DNA of 64,000 nucleotides from Terriglobus sp. (GTDB lineage Bacteria > Acidobacteriota > Terriglobia > Terriglobales > Acidobacteriaceae), in assembly GCA_965277235.1 (NCBI GenBank), contig CBDICD010000002.1, positions 75,861 through 139,860 on the forward strand, read 5' to 3'. Under the pieces are notes generated by a model. The model made no database searches and was not told the origin of the DNA. It worked only from the letters and a program-made list of their open reading frames with translations. A program made the translations under genes and the position numbers. Numbering within the stretch: the first letter of the stretch is position 1; every line of letters starts with the position of its first letter. Positions 1 through 10,396 of this stretch are shown here, piece by piece.

Positions 1-1563
1 GAAGAGCAGTTCTACCTGGTCGTTCCGCTGCTCATGGTAGCGGTCGCGAAGCTTCGGTCTCGGCTAATCCTGCCGACGATTCTTGCGGTCTGCGCGATCT
101 CCTTTGTATTCGCCTGGCACCAGGTCCATACCGCACCAGGCCACGCGTTCTACCTCCTGCCCAGTCGCGCCTGGGAGTTGGGCGTCGGCGTCGCTCTTGG
201 CGTTGCAGAAATCACGCGCAAGGGCCCGCTGATTCCTCAGCGATTCACGACAGTCACGAGTTTCTGCGGCTTCGCTGCAATGGTGGTCCCGCTCTTCCTG
301 CTTAACTCCTCCACTCCGTTTCCCGGACCAAGCGCGGCATCGTCTGTGTTTGGCACAGCGCTTGTGCTTTCTACTCCCTCCAGCTGGATCAATCGCCGAC
401 TGTTCTCAGAGCCGCGACTTGTGTTTGTAGGCCGCATCTCGTACTCGTGGTACCTATGGCACTGGCCCTTGCTTTCGTTGCTCCGCGTGGCAAGTGGCGG
501 ACCATTGCCATGGGTTGCACGCGTTACCGCAGTCGTGCTTTCGTTCGTGCTCGCTCTTGCGTCTTACGCCTGGATCGAACAGGTATTCCGCCGATCGAAG
601 TCGGCACCACGCCCGCTTCTCATCCGCTATGGAGTTTTGTCGCTAGCTCTCGCGTTGATACTCACGACTGTTTGGAAAAGCGATGGCCTGCCACGACGCT
701 TTCCTGCGCTACAGCACGAGCAAGCGGAAGCTCAACCTGAATGCCTGGTGCCCTACGGCAAGAACAGGCCTGATCTTTCACAACAGTGCACTCCAGCCAT
801 CGATCAGCGGCCATCGATCGCACTATGGGGCGATAGCCACTCTTCCGCGCTTGCTCCAGCAATGCGATCTCACGCCTCGGCACACGATCTTCGATTTGTC
901 GAATTCAGCAAGTCCTCCTGCCTACCACTGTCAGGTGTGGCGAAGTACGTCGCGTCGCATCCACTGGTAGTTCAGGAATGTGTAGATTTCAACCGCGTGG
1001 TACTCAAGACTATTCTCGACGATCGCACAATCCAAACCGTCTTTCTGGCTGGCAGGTGGGCCGACCCATTTGTGACCGGGAATCATGCGCCGCTACTCCG
1101 CACTAGTCTGTCGTACGCGGACGGCGGCCAGACAGCGGTGGACGAGGCACGGGTTCTTAGCGCTGGTCTTGCCGCACCAATCTCCCTGCTTCAAGCTGCA
1201 GGTCGACGCGTCATCCTGATCGAAGATGTGCCAAATTTCGACTTCGACCCGCTCTCTAGAATGCGGTCTGAGCAGATTCCACTGCGCAGCGTACTTGCCC
1301 GGTGGTTGAGCAACGGACGCTACACGCCAGGCATGGCGCACGCCTCGTTCCTGGACGCCACCGACCAATCCGACGTCGTACTGCAACAAGTGCAGAAGCG
1401 TTTTCCTGCTACGAGTCTGCTTGATTTGCGACCGATGCTTTGCGATGGGCAAGGCCTATGCGCATATAAACACGGCGGCCACCTTCTCTACTCTGATGGG
1501 CAGCACCTCACATCTGACGGCGCCTTCTATGCGCTCCGCAACTTCGACACGTCGACGCCATGA
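1..1563 (+). CDS. Acyltransferase-3 / SGNH-hydrolase fusion (OafA/OatA-like O-acetyltransferase), 5'-partial
   Basis: Frame is open from base 1 (EEQFYL motif). Multiple TM helices, SYSWYLWHWP motif, then an SGNH domain with GDSH and DGQH catalytic motifs. Confidence 0.9.
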   Translation, partial: EEQFYLVVPLLMVAVAKLRSRLILPTILAVCAISFVFAWHQVHTAPGHAFYLLPSRAWELGVGVALGVAEITRKGPLIPQRFTTVTSFCGFAAMVVPLFLLNSSTPFPGPSAASSVFGTALVLSTPSSWINRRLFSEPRLVFVGRISYSWYLWHWPLLSLLRVASGGPLPWVARVTAVVLSFVLALASYAWIEQVFRRSKSAPRPLLIRYGVLSLALALILTTVWKSDGLPRRFPALQHEQAEAQPECLVPYGKNRPDLSQQCTPAIDQRPSIALWGDSHSSALAPAMRSHASAHDLRFVEFSKSSCLPLSGVAKYVASHPLVVQECVDFNRVVLKTILDDRTIQTVFLAGRWADPFVTGNHAPLLRTSLSYADGGQTAVDEARVLSAGLAAPISLLQAAGRRVILIEDVPNFDFDPLSRMRSEQIPLRSVLARWLSNGRYTPGMAHASFLDATDQSDVVLQQVQKRFPATSLLDLRPMLCDGQGLCAYKHGGHLLYSDGQHLTSDGAFYALRNFDTSTP

Positions 1564-2081
1564 CCCACCTGCTGCATAACCCTTTCCCTACAGATGGTCG
1601 GCTCACCTCTTAAGCAGGACCGCGGCTTGCAGGTGTTCACCTAAGCAACCGGCCACGTGGTTGTCGGCGTACTCGCCTGCAGCACGCACTTGTAGGGATT
1701 CGCAATCCGGCCCGCCCGCAAGGCTCACCAAACTATACTCGTCTGCACCCACCCGGTTCGCGTACCCATAACGGCGGGGAGCAAAGCCAGGTGTCAGCCG
1801 CACACAACCAGCCAACCTGCTAACACTTTTAGGTGAGCGCGGCTCCGTGTGGGTGAACGGCGATCTTCAAGAGTGTCATGGCGCTGCCGATAGAGACTTT
1901 GTAGCTTGACATTAGATGAGCCTTAGGCCGCCAACATAGGCAAGCAGGTGTGACCGCACTGGGAGCGTCACGAATATGACGCGCATCCCAAACCTGCTTA
2001 CAGCCGAGTAGCAAGCACAATGATCGCGTGTTGCTGAACTTTTCCGGAAAGTCTGTCTATTTTAGCTTCGGTGGGTCCATC

Positions 2082-5012
2082 ATGAAATCTTTGTCTAAGC
2101 TGTCGCTGTTTACATTGTTGGTTGCAATCGGTATCTTGTCGGCTGAAGCTCTCGGTCAGGATTTGAGCAATCAGCCTATCCCGCGCTCCTATTTCGGCTT
2201 GACCGTTATGCGATCTCGGCTTGTCACGCCCATGGACTACGGCACGACTCGCTCTTGGGATGTGTGGCCTGAACCGGATTGGGGTAGCGCCAATCCGGCG
2301 CCAGGAGTGTACGATTTCACCTCGCTCGACGCGTTCCTCGCCGCGAATAATAATCAGACGCGCGACATCATCTACACCCTCGGACGGACACCCCAATGGG
2401 CTTCGTCACAGCCGACCATAGACAACGGTCTAGGTCATCCGGGCGAGTGTGCGCCCCCCTCCAACCTGCAGGACTGGGATAACTACCTGCAGGCCATCGT
2501 CACGCATGCAGCAGGCCGAATCAAGTATTGGGAGATTTGGAACGAGCCAGGTAACACTATGTACTACTGTGGGGACATCCCAACAATGGTGCAGCTGGCG
2601 CAACATGCGCAACGAATGATCAAGAGTATCGATCCGACTGCAGTAATTCTGTCCCCAGCAATGTCCAACGCTGGTGGTCCAACATGGCTGGCGTCCTTCC
2701 TTGCGCAAGGCGGGGCTTCCTCAATCGACGTTGTAGCTTTCCATGGGTATAAGGGCCAACAAGCAGAAGACATCAATGGTCTGATCGCGACCTACAAGGC
2801 CGCAATGGTGGCAAACGGCGTAGGCAACTTACCTTTATGGGATACCGAGGGGTCCAATGCGGCGGTTCAGACTTCGGATGACGAGTCCGCGTTTCTCGCC
2901 AAGCAGTTCCTCCTTCATTGGTCTAATGGCGTGTCAAGATTCGTCTGGTATGCCTATGACGGAGAAGTTCAGTGGGGCCGTCTCGCAGACCCCGCAACCA
3001 ATCAGCCGCTGCCGTCCGCAAGTGCTTACATGCAGGTCTACAACTGGCTATTCGGCGCGACCCTCGTCTACCCGTGCTCGCAAGATGCGAGTGGGACGTG
3101 GTCTTGCCTCCTCTCTCGCAGCGGATACCAGGCGCAGGTCTTGTGGAATTCAAAGACAGCAGTTTCGGTCCCGGTTTCCTCGCAATTCACGCAATACAGA
3201 GATCTTGCAGGCAATCTTCAGACGGTGAAGAACGGTGCCGTCTCGGTCACAACCTTGCCAATCCTGGCGGAAACATCCGGTTCGAGCTTTTCGGCCCTAA
3301 AGTTCGTGCCGATTCCGACGCAGACCTTCGGCGGGGCCAGCTTTCAAGTACTGGCCTCTTCCGGTTCCAACGCACCGGTCACGTACACGGTTGCAAGTGG
3401 CCCGGCGACGATCTCCGGTTCCACGGTGACCCTCACTGGTGCAGGTACAGTGGTGTTGAGTGCAAGCCAGCCGAGTTCACTGGGCTATGCCGCCACCATT
3501 GCCACCACCAGCTTTCAAGTAGCACCTGCGGCACCTACACTGACATTCGCACCCGTAAACAGCCAGGTCTTCGGCGTCTTACCAATCGCTGTAACTGCGG
3601 GCTCCGTGTCAAGCGGCCCCGTGACCTACAGCGTACAAAGTGGTCCGGCTACTGTCGCTGGCAACATGGTGACCGTTACAGGCGCAGGCTTGGTCGTACT
3701 CCGAGCCGATCAGGCAGCAGCAGGAAATTACTCCGCAGCAACTGCGACAACGCAATTCCCAATCACACCGGGTTGGCAGACGATCACCTTCAACCCGATA
3801 CCCGACTGGGCTTTTGCAACTACCAACAAAACCCTCTCCGTCAGTGCGACGTCTTCGACCGGTGCAACCCTCACTTACGCAGTTGTCAGCGGTCCTGCGA
3901 CTATGCTCTATCGCACTGTAACCCCGACAGGTGTTGGCACCGTGGTGCTGAGTGCATCCTCGCCTGCCACAAGGAATTACAACGCCGTCTCTGCCACAAT
4001 GAGCTTCAATATTGTGCCGGCACCGATACCAAACCTGACGTTTGTTCCTGTCGGCGTTCGCATCGTCGGCACCCAATTCAATGTGTCCGCAACCTCCGCT
4101 TCCACTGGTCCCGTCACGTATACAGTTGTCAGCGGACCTGGTGTCGTCTCAGGGCGTGCCGTCAATGTCACGGCGGCAGGCACCGTGGTTCTGCGGGCTG
4201 ACCAAGCTCCCAACTATCAGTATGCGGCGACCTCCACTACAACCAGCTTTCAAGTGGTCTCCGCAACACCAACGCTAACTTTCGTCCCAGTGGCGAGCCA
4301 GGTATATGGCTTGGCTCCCTTTGTCATCAGGGCTGGGTCGCAATCTGCGGGCACTGTGACTTACAGCGTCCAGAGCGGTCCGGCTACGATCTCTGGGAAC
4401 GTGGTCACGGTCACAGGGGCTGGAACAATCGTGCTCCGCGCCAACCAGGTTGCATCTAGTAGCTACAACGCAGCGACGGCGACCACGCAGTTCCTCGTTA
4501 CGCCCGCGCAGCAAACAGTGTCCTTCTCTCCCATTGCACCCTGGGCCTATGGAACGACAAACACCACATTCACGGTAAATGCTAGCGCCTCACCCGGAGG
4601 AGCTGTCTCCTTTGCGGTCGTCAGCGGGCCCGCATCCGTCTCTTACCGGACTGTGACCCCATCTGGCGTGGGACGGGTAGTGGTGAGTGCCACAGTCGCG
4701 GCGACCAAGAACTACAGCGGAGCCGTGGCACTGACTAGTTTCGACGTAGTTCCCGCGCCTGTCCCAACAATCGCTTTCACGACAATCGCTCCACGTCCCG
4801 CAGGCACGACATTCTCACCATCCGTCGCGTCGCTTTCCAGTGGTGCCTTCACCTATTCGGTACTCAGCGGCCCTGCCAGTGCAGCCGGCCGGTTCATCAC
4901 CTTGTACGCACCCGGAACTGTTGTGTTGCGGGTGAGTCAAATAGCGAACTACCAGTACGCGGCGAGTTCTGCGACGACCACCTTACAAGTGCTGCCCGCG
5001 TCAGGTAAATAG
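2082..5012 (+). CDS. Secreted clan GH-A glycoside hydrolase (GH39/PslG-like) with C-terminal tandem Ig-like repeats
   Basis: Signal peptide from ATG 2082. WEIWNEP (acid/base) and LWDTEG (nucleophile) motifs, followed by seven ~82-aa Thr/Val/Ser-rich repeats. Confidence 0.82.
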   Translation: MKSLSKLSLFTLLVAIGILSAEALGQDLSNQPIPRSYFGLTVMRSRLVTPMDYGTTRSWDVWPEPDWGSANPAPGVYDFTSLDAFLAANNNQTRDIIYTLGRTPQWASSQPTIDNGLGHPGECAPPSNLQDWDNYLQAIVTHAAGRIKYWEIWNEPGNTMYYCGDIPTMVQLAQHAQRMIKSIDPTAVILSPAMSNAGGPTWLASFLAQGGASSIDVVAFHGYKGQQAEDINGLIATYKAAMVANGVGNLPLWDTEGSNAAVQTSDDESAFLAKQFLLHWSNGVSRFVWYAYDGEVQWGRLADPATNQPLPSASAYMQVYNWLFGATLVYPCSQDASGTWSCLLSRSGYQAQVLWNSKTAVSVPVSSQFTQYRDLAGNLQTVKNGAVSVTTLPILAETSGSSFSALKFVPIPTQTFGGASFQVLASSGSNAPVTYTVASGPATISGSTVTLTGAGTVVLSASQPSSLGYAATIATTSFQVAPAAPTLTFAPVNSQVFGVLPIAVTAGSVSSGPVTYSVQSGPATVAGNMVTVTGAGLVVLRADQAAAGNYSAATATTQFPITPGWQTITFNPIPDWAFATTNKTLSVSATSSTGATLTYAVVSGPATMLYRTVTPTGVGTVVLSASSPATRNYNAVSATMSFNIVPAPIPNLTFVPVGVRIVGTQFNVSATSASTGPVTYTVVSGPGVVSGRAVNVTAAGTVVLRADQAPNYQYAATSTTTSFQVVSATPTLTFVPVASQVYGLAPFVIRAGSQSAGTVTYSVQSGPATISGNVVTVTGAGTIVLRANQVASSSYNAATATTQFLVTPAQQTVSFSPIAPWAYGTTNTTFTVNASASPGGAVSFAVVSGPASVSYRTVTPSGVGRVVVSATVAATKNYSGAVALTSFDVVPAPVPTIAFTTIAPRPAGTTFSPSVASLSSGAFTYSVLSGPASAAGRFITLYAPGTVVLRVSQIANYQYAASSATTTLQVLPASGK
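3290..5005 (+). repeat. Seven intragenic ~250-bp Ig-like domain repeats
   Basis: Recurrent motif LTFxP...ASS...VTYxVxSGPA...VTVTGAGTVVLxAxQ...Y.AA.ATTxF. Confidence 0.85.
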
Positions 5013-5069
5013 GAGATCAGAGTCACCGCTTCTTCAGACCCCAGCTGACGGGAGTGTCAAAAGGATGTT

Positions 5070-5585
5070 CTATGGAGCGGTGTCGTCTTGCGGCACGAAA
5101 GGACGTAAGCCGTACCTGCTGCCGTTGGAGTAAATGTGTACCAAGCCCTTTACATGAACGGCAACGCTGAACTGAGCCGGGCCGACGACTGTCACCAGGC
5201 GCGGCCCTAGGTTATTCACATCGATTGCCCAAGGCCTCCCCTGTGCGTCGAGCTTCGGTGGCCGCGACGGAAGATTCAGAATAGGAGAGGCGTTCAGGAG
5301 CTCCAACGACATGCCGCCTACATTCGCTCCGAGTACAACCTGGCTTGCAGGTAGGCGCACCACGGGTCTTGCCCGCAACGTCTGCATCTGAGCAATCACG
5401 GACGCAAAGCTCGCGCTGAGAACGACTGTGATCATGGCTTTGCTACGTCGCAAGTCCCCTCCGTGTGCGGCAGGCGCGTGTCGCGTTTCCACTTTGCACG
5501 CCGTCCCCTTCTGCATTATCAACGCCTTCAGTCGAAAGTGACCTCGAATCCTACCAGGCACTTCTGGCGCATGTCCGCCGGTCAT
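5070..5585 (-). CDS. Hypothetical protein (start uncertain)
   Basis: Longest ORF between the two GH genes, with a beta-rich C-terminal half. No recognised motif. Confidence 0.35.
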   Translation of the reverse strand: MTGGHAPEVPGRIRGHFRLKALIMQKGTACKVETRHAPAAHGGDLRRSKAMITVVLSASFASVIAQMQTLRARPVVRLPASQVVLGANVGGMSLELLNASPILNLPSRPPKLDAQGRPWAIDVNNLGPRLVTVVGPAQFSVAVHVKGLVHIYSNGSRYGLRPFVPQDDTAP

Positions 5586-5812
5586 CTGTCTGCGCTGCCC
5601 GTGCCGACAGAGCGTTCCTGACTCTTACCATAAATCTCTCAACGCAGAGGTTGGGCTTCACGAGGGCAGCAGACACTGCACCTCTTTCGCAAGGCTCTCC
5701 TCCGGCGATCTCGTTGTACTCTCTCCACATCATCGTCTGTGCTGTGCACCGCACTACCTTGTAGTCGCGTAAACTTCTCTGAAAGGGCTCGCTGCTTGCC
5801 CGGTCAGGACCT

Positions 5813-7045
5813 ATGGAGAACGTGGCTAAGAGAACACAGCGGTGGTGTGTCGGTTTCGCACTCACGACACTGTCAATGTGCATACCTGCCGTCGCTCAGG
5901 CCCCAACGCAAGACCTGTTCTCAACTCGGATACCTAGAACCTATTTTGGGCTCAGCGTCATGCGCGATCGAACGACTCCGCCCTTCGATTATGGCACCAC
6001 CCGCACTTGGGATGCCTGGCCGCGTCCAGACTGGGGACAATCGAACCCAGCACCGGGTGTTTACGACTTCACGAATTTGGATAAGTACCTGTCAGTAAAC
6101 AACAACCTTCACAAAGATATTATTTACACCCTGGGAAGAACGCCACGATGGGCCTCGTCACAGCCCGATGCAACAAACGGCGGCTTGCCCGGTGAATGTG
6201 CACCTCCCGCCGATCTGAGGAACTGGGACAATTATCTGAAGGCTGTCGTCACCCACGCCAACGGAAGAATCAAATATTGGGAGGTCTGGAACGAACCCAA
6301 CTTGCCCATGTACTACTGCGGAGATATCTCGACTTTAGTAGCGTTGGCAAAACATGCCAGAACAATCATTAAGAGCATCGACCCGCGTGCCATGATCCTT
6401 TCCCCATCGGCCACGAACGAGTTTGGCGTCCCCTACATGTCCTCATTTCTAGCTGCAGGTGGTGCCACCGCGATCGACATCGTGGCTTTCCACGGCTACC
6501 GCAATCAAAAAGCGGAAGACATTCTCGCGCTTGTGGACCACTATAAAGCTGCCATGGCAGCGAACAAGGTCCAAAATCTCCCCTTGTGGGACACCGAAGC
6601 AAATAATAAGACTGCCCAGAGTAGTGACGAAGAATCAGCATTCCTGGCAAAGTACTTTCTGCTTCAGTGGTCCAAAGGCGTAGCGAGATTCGTCTGGTAC
6701 GCCTATGATGGCGACCCGCAATGGGGACGGTTATTCAATCCGTACAACAATCAGCCGCAGCCAGCATCGAAAGCTTACGTACAGATTTACAAGTGGATGG
6801 TAGGTGCGACCCTTACCAAACCCTGTAAACAGGATGCCAGTGCAACATGGTCATGTTATTTCTCCCGGGACGGCCAGCAGTCCAAAGTCGTTTGGAACTC
6901 GGAAGCACCTACTTCCATGCCAGTGGAACCGCAATTCGTTCAGTATCAGGACCTATATGGCAACATGCACCGTATCGATGGTGGCACCGCACCTGTAAGC
7001 AATATGCCTATTCTTCTGACAGAAGTGGGATACGCGGCACGTTAG
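5813..7045 (+). CDS. Secreted clan GH-A glycoside hydrolase (GH39-like), paralog of the 2082-5012 catalytic domain
   Basis: Signal peptide (AVA-QA), WEVWNEP and LWDTEA motifs. Long blocks are identical to the upstream GH (DIIYTLGRTP, DYGTTR, RFVWYAYDG). Confidence 0.85.
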   Translation: MENVAKRTQRWCVGFALTTLSMCIPAVAQAPTQDLFSTRIPRTYFGLSVMRDRTTPPFDYGTTRTWDAWPRPDWGQSNPAPGVYDFTNLDKYLSVNNNLHKDIIYTLGRTPRWASSQPDATNGGLPGECAPPADLRNWDNYLKAVVTHANGRIKYWEVWNEPNLPMYYCGDISTLVALAKHARTIIKSIDPRAMILSPSATNEFGVPYMSSFLAAGGATAIDIVAFHGYRNQKAEDILALVDHYKAAMAANKVQNLPLWDTEANNKTAQSSDEESAFLAKYFLLQWSKGVARFVWYAYDGDPQWGRLFNPYNNQPQPASKAYVQIYKWMVGATLTKPCKQDASATWSCYFSRDGQQSKVVWNSEAPTSMPVEPQFVQYQDLYGNMHRIDGGTAPVSNMPILLTEVGYAAR

Positions 7046-7295
7046 CCTGAAGCTACACAGGCGGCAGCTCCTCACGAAGCACGTTGCATCCACCTTGCAC
7101 GCCATCGCTGATCCGTAGACGGTCAAGAAGTTCGCGGCTCTCCAGGTCTGTGCCTAGCTTGCAGAAGGTGCAACCGCAAAACTCTTCCAAATCATGCAAA
7201 GATCTGGCAGTGTTCTTCTAACAGGCAAAGGTTCTCACACTGCACGTCTAGCACTTTATTGACTAAACCCGGGACTGCGACCGTGCGTGGCGCAG

Positions 7296-8738
7296 TTAAA
7301 TGCCCTTCATAGCGAAGGCCGCCGTGTGCAGAAGGATTGCAAGATCAAGGAAGATTCCACGGTTCAGAATATAGTAGAGGTCATACTCCAGGGTGTCGTG
7401 GATTGCGTACCGTCGATCTGCGCTTAACTGCCACACGCCAGTAATGCCCTGAGGCACCGTCAAACGTTCTTGCTCGCGAACACCGTACTTTTGCACGACA
7501 TATGGCATCTCTGGACGTGGTCCCACAAGCGACATCTCTCCGCGGATGACGTTCAGAATCTGTGGCAGTTCGTCTAGGCTTGTCCGGCGCAGCACCCGAC
7601 CGACCTTGGTGATTCGCGGATCTTCTGACGATTCCGGCGAGCGAGCGTATATTGAGGCACTTGTGTACATACTGCGAAATTTGAACATGGGAAAGAGCCG
7701 ACCATTTTCTCCCACACGCTCTTGGCGGAAAAGGATGGCTCCTGGCGAGCTTAAGCGTACCGCAATCGCGCTTGCAATCAACACCGGCAACGTAAGCAGG
7801 ATCAGGACAGTAGCGCCAATCAAGTCCAGGGCCCGTTTGACGAATCGGTACATGATTCGATCCACTTGGTACCCCGCCCCAAAATCGATGATGAGCCCAT
7901 CTACCGAGTGGATGTTCGAGGTGCGGTCGGATCGTTGGCTGATGCCGGAGAAAACAGTGGAGACCTCTACACCTACGGTAGCCGCTTGTCTCTCAATTTC
8001 AGAGAGATCCGACGATGACATCTGCTCTTCAGCCACGAAAATTACACTGATTTCAAGTTCTTGAAGAAGATCAGCGGTAACGGGACCGTTGCGTACTGCT
8101 AAGTGATCGCGGAATCGGTAATCGTGATCGTAAACCACACGGGAGCCTGAGCTCGCTCCGCGCTCCAGAAACGCGACGGGCGCTATGCCCATGGAAGGAG
8201 AGTTACGCAGAAGTGAAAACACACGGCGCGCTTCGCTGTTGGAGCCTATGATCAGCGCGTTCCGCACCTGTACATTCATAGCTCGCCATCGAGCGAAGGG
8301 CCGTCGCAGCATGTGCTTCTCAAACGCCAAGCACAAGGTGACTAGCACGCCATCAACCGCTATATTCCAGACACTCAGATGGATCACCCCCATCAAGGAC
8401 CCGAGCGCCAGCAAGCACAACGAGTATGTCGAAGCTTGTAGAATCCGTGCTGTACGGAGCAGTTCCAGGAGCTTAGCGTCGTGGCGGTAAAGGCCGAAGT
8501 TCCTCGCAAACAGCACAAATATTAGCGCATATAGCGTCATCACGGGAAGCGCGTTGCGCAGCTGCTGGTGGGCGGAACTCGTGCTGACGACGTAGCTCCC
8601 AAGGCAGGTCCCGCAGCCGATCGCGAACGCGTCACTGAAGACTGCTGCGATGCTGACCACCTTGGCCCGCCAGGAGCCATTGAGCAAACCCTTACCAGTT
8701 CGGATCGACGACGATACCGGATAATCGCTGATTACCAC
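7296..8738 (-). CDS. Exopolysaccharide priming polyprenyl glycosylphosphotransferase (WcaJ/CpsE family sugar transferase)
   Basis: Four N-terminal TMs and a Rossmann-like middle. C-terminal motifs KRALD, FKFRSM, DPRITKVGRVLRRTSLDELPQ, GEMSLVGPRPE, GITGVWQ. Confidence 0.93.
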   Translation of the reverse strand: MVISDYPVSSSIRTGKGLLNGSWRAKVVSIAAVFSDAFAIGCGTCLGSYVVSTSSAHQQLRNALPVMTLYALIFVLFARNFGLYRHDAKLLELLRTARILQASTYSLCLLALGSLMGVIHLSVWNIAVDGVLVTLCLAFEKHMLRRPFARWRAMNVQVRNALIIGSNSEARRVFSLLRNSPSMGIAPVAFLERGASSGSRVVYDHDYRFRDHLAVRNGPVTADLLQELEISVIFVAEEQMSSSDLSEIERQAATVGVEVSTVFSGISQRSDRTSNIHSVDGLIIDFGAGYQVDRIMYRFVKRALDLIGATVLILLTLPVLIASAIAVRLSSPGAILFRQERVGENGRLFPMFKFRSMYTSASIYARSPESSEDPRITKVGRVLRRTSLDELPQILNVIRGEMSLVGPRPEMPYVVQKYGVREQERLTVPQGITGVWQLSADRRYAIHDTLEYDLYYILNRGIFLDLAILLHTAAFAMKGI

Positions 8739-9179
8739 AATTTGTTCCCCCGCTCAGCTGGTTGGACTGGTTGCGGCCCGCAGTTAGCACCGTTTCTGTC
8801 GGACACGCAACACTAAGTCTGAATCGGAGAGAAGAAGGTTCTACAGCTCCTTTGTGCCGGGCCGGCCAAAGAGCGAAGATTCGGTCGTGATTTGCCGTAT
8901 GAACAGAATTATACGGGAGATCGAATCTAGTCAACTGGATGCGCCTGCCGCTATACGAGCCCCAACGCACAGCAACCAACGCACGCAGTAACCACTTCAG
9001 CGTGCGGCTACCGAGATTTTGCTCAGGCGTGAGTGAAGCGGACAGCCCTGATGAATTCGAGAGGAGCCACTATCTGTTCGTCAGAACAGACTCGTGCGCT
9101 CGTGTCGCGACGGCATTCTTGAGCCACTTCGTCCGCGCGCTGCCGCCCAACCATCGAGATGTGGCCTCAACCTGTAAAC

Positions 9180-9371
9180 CTACCTTGCGCGCCTTCTGGT
9201 CACAGCAAACGCCAAAGCCGGCACAACAAGCGGCCACGCCAGAGACAGTACGCCGATCACCAGGATCTGAGTTGCTCTCAGCGACCCCTCCTGACGCGCG
9301 CTACGCTCCAACAAGGAATTTACAAAGCAAAACATCACCACGAGAGAGTAAAGAAAAGCAAGCACAATCAT
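9180..9371 (-). CDS. Small two-TM membrane protein (63 aa), paralog of 10151-10396
   Basis: GGAG RBS before ATG 9371 and two hydrophobic segments. Shares CFxNSLxERSxRQ...LRxTQIL.IG.LSLAWP.VVPALAFAVT with the divergent copy. Confidence 0.7.
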   Translation of the reverse strand: MIVLAFLYSLVVMFCFVNSLLERSARQEGSLRATQILVIGVLSLAWPLVVPALAFAVTRRRAR

Positions 9372-10150
9372 TCGCTTCTCCAGCAACCTATGTCAGCTAA
9401 TAACTTCATCGCAGAGAGACCACCGCTGCAACCGACGCCAGTCCATGGAAAGACTGACTCGATTTCGGCCGAGGCAAAGCAGACCGACTCGGCCCCTCCC
9501 CGCGTGGTCAGTACGTCCGGCAGGATTGGCGTTGTCCTAATCACTCCGAAGGCGGTACTACGAAGTAAGAATCGTGTTCGTCGAAATGATCCAGCATCAC
9601 CGCGTCTTCCAACTCTGCCAAGGCGCACCGGGAGTTTGCTATCTTGCACTCTGCTTGGCGTCCCATAATCTTGCAAAACCTTGACAGCAGGACGATATAA
9701 CTCAAGTAAAACGCTCGTCCACCAAAATCGCTTGCACCTACGTGAACATTGCAAATCAGAGGACGGGGCGTCTAATTACTACGGTAACAAAAAGGCCTCT
9801 AAAGGTAACCAGGGCAAGCGCGCTCGAACAGATGAGAAAGAGCCTGTCTATCTACGGGCGATGCTCCTATAAGGACTATCTACCTTGCACATCAGCAGTT
9901 AGCTGCCGTCACAGCTAACATGTCGAGCATCAGATCGCGTGTTCACTGGAGGATGGGTGGAGAGCGAAGGCGAACGCTACAACCGCCGGCATGTAGTGGA
10001 CGGGGTGAATCATGTTCCAGTCATTCGGTCCCAAAGTGGCCCTTCTTGCGCGTTGGTACACATTTGTTGTAGAACGATTTGCTTGACTTTGAGTGGTCCA
10101 TACGGTTCCATGCTGCTAGTGGCCGATTACATCAAAAAAGGAAAAATGAA

Positions 10151-10396
10151 ATGATTGCACTTTTATTGCTGTATTGCGTCTTGGGAGCAGCATGTTTTGC
10201 GAACTCTTTGGTTGAGCGCTCCGAGCGCCAAAAGGAAAAGCTAAGACCAACCCAGATTCTAATCATTGGCGCACTGAGTCTGGCGTGGCCTATTGTCGTC
10301 CCGGCATTAGCTTTCGCGGTAACGAAGAAGTCTGAAGTGGATTCCAGTGTGCGTAGCGACCATCCAGTGCGAGACGCAAAGGTAGTCCTGTCCTAA
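10151..10396 (+). CDS. Small two-TM membrane protein (81 aa), paralog of 9180-9371
   Basis: AAGGA RBS before ATG 10151 and the same conserved motif. Confidence 0.72.
   Translation: MIALLLLYCVLGAACFANSLVERSERQKEKLRPTQILIIGALSLAWPIVVPALAFAVTKKSEVDSSVRSDHPVRDAKVVLS

Noticed and set aside
2972-4201. 409-aa alternative-frame ORF inside the GH-Ig gene, and similar long shadow ORFs (14248-15264, 53487-54380, 62709-63779)
   Set aside because: These are Arg/Cys/His-rich translations with no motifs, overlapping well-supported genes, typical of high-GC shadow frames.
8739-9179. ops/JUMPstart antitermination element upstream of the sugar transferase
   Set aside because: No GGCGGTAG-type match was found in the correct orientation.
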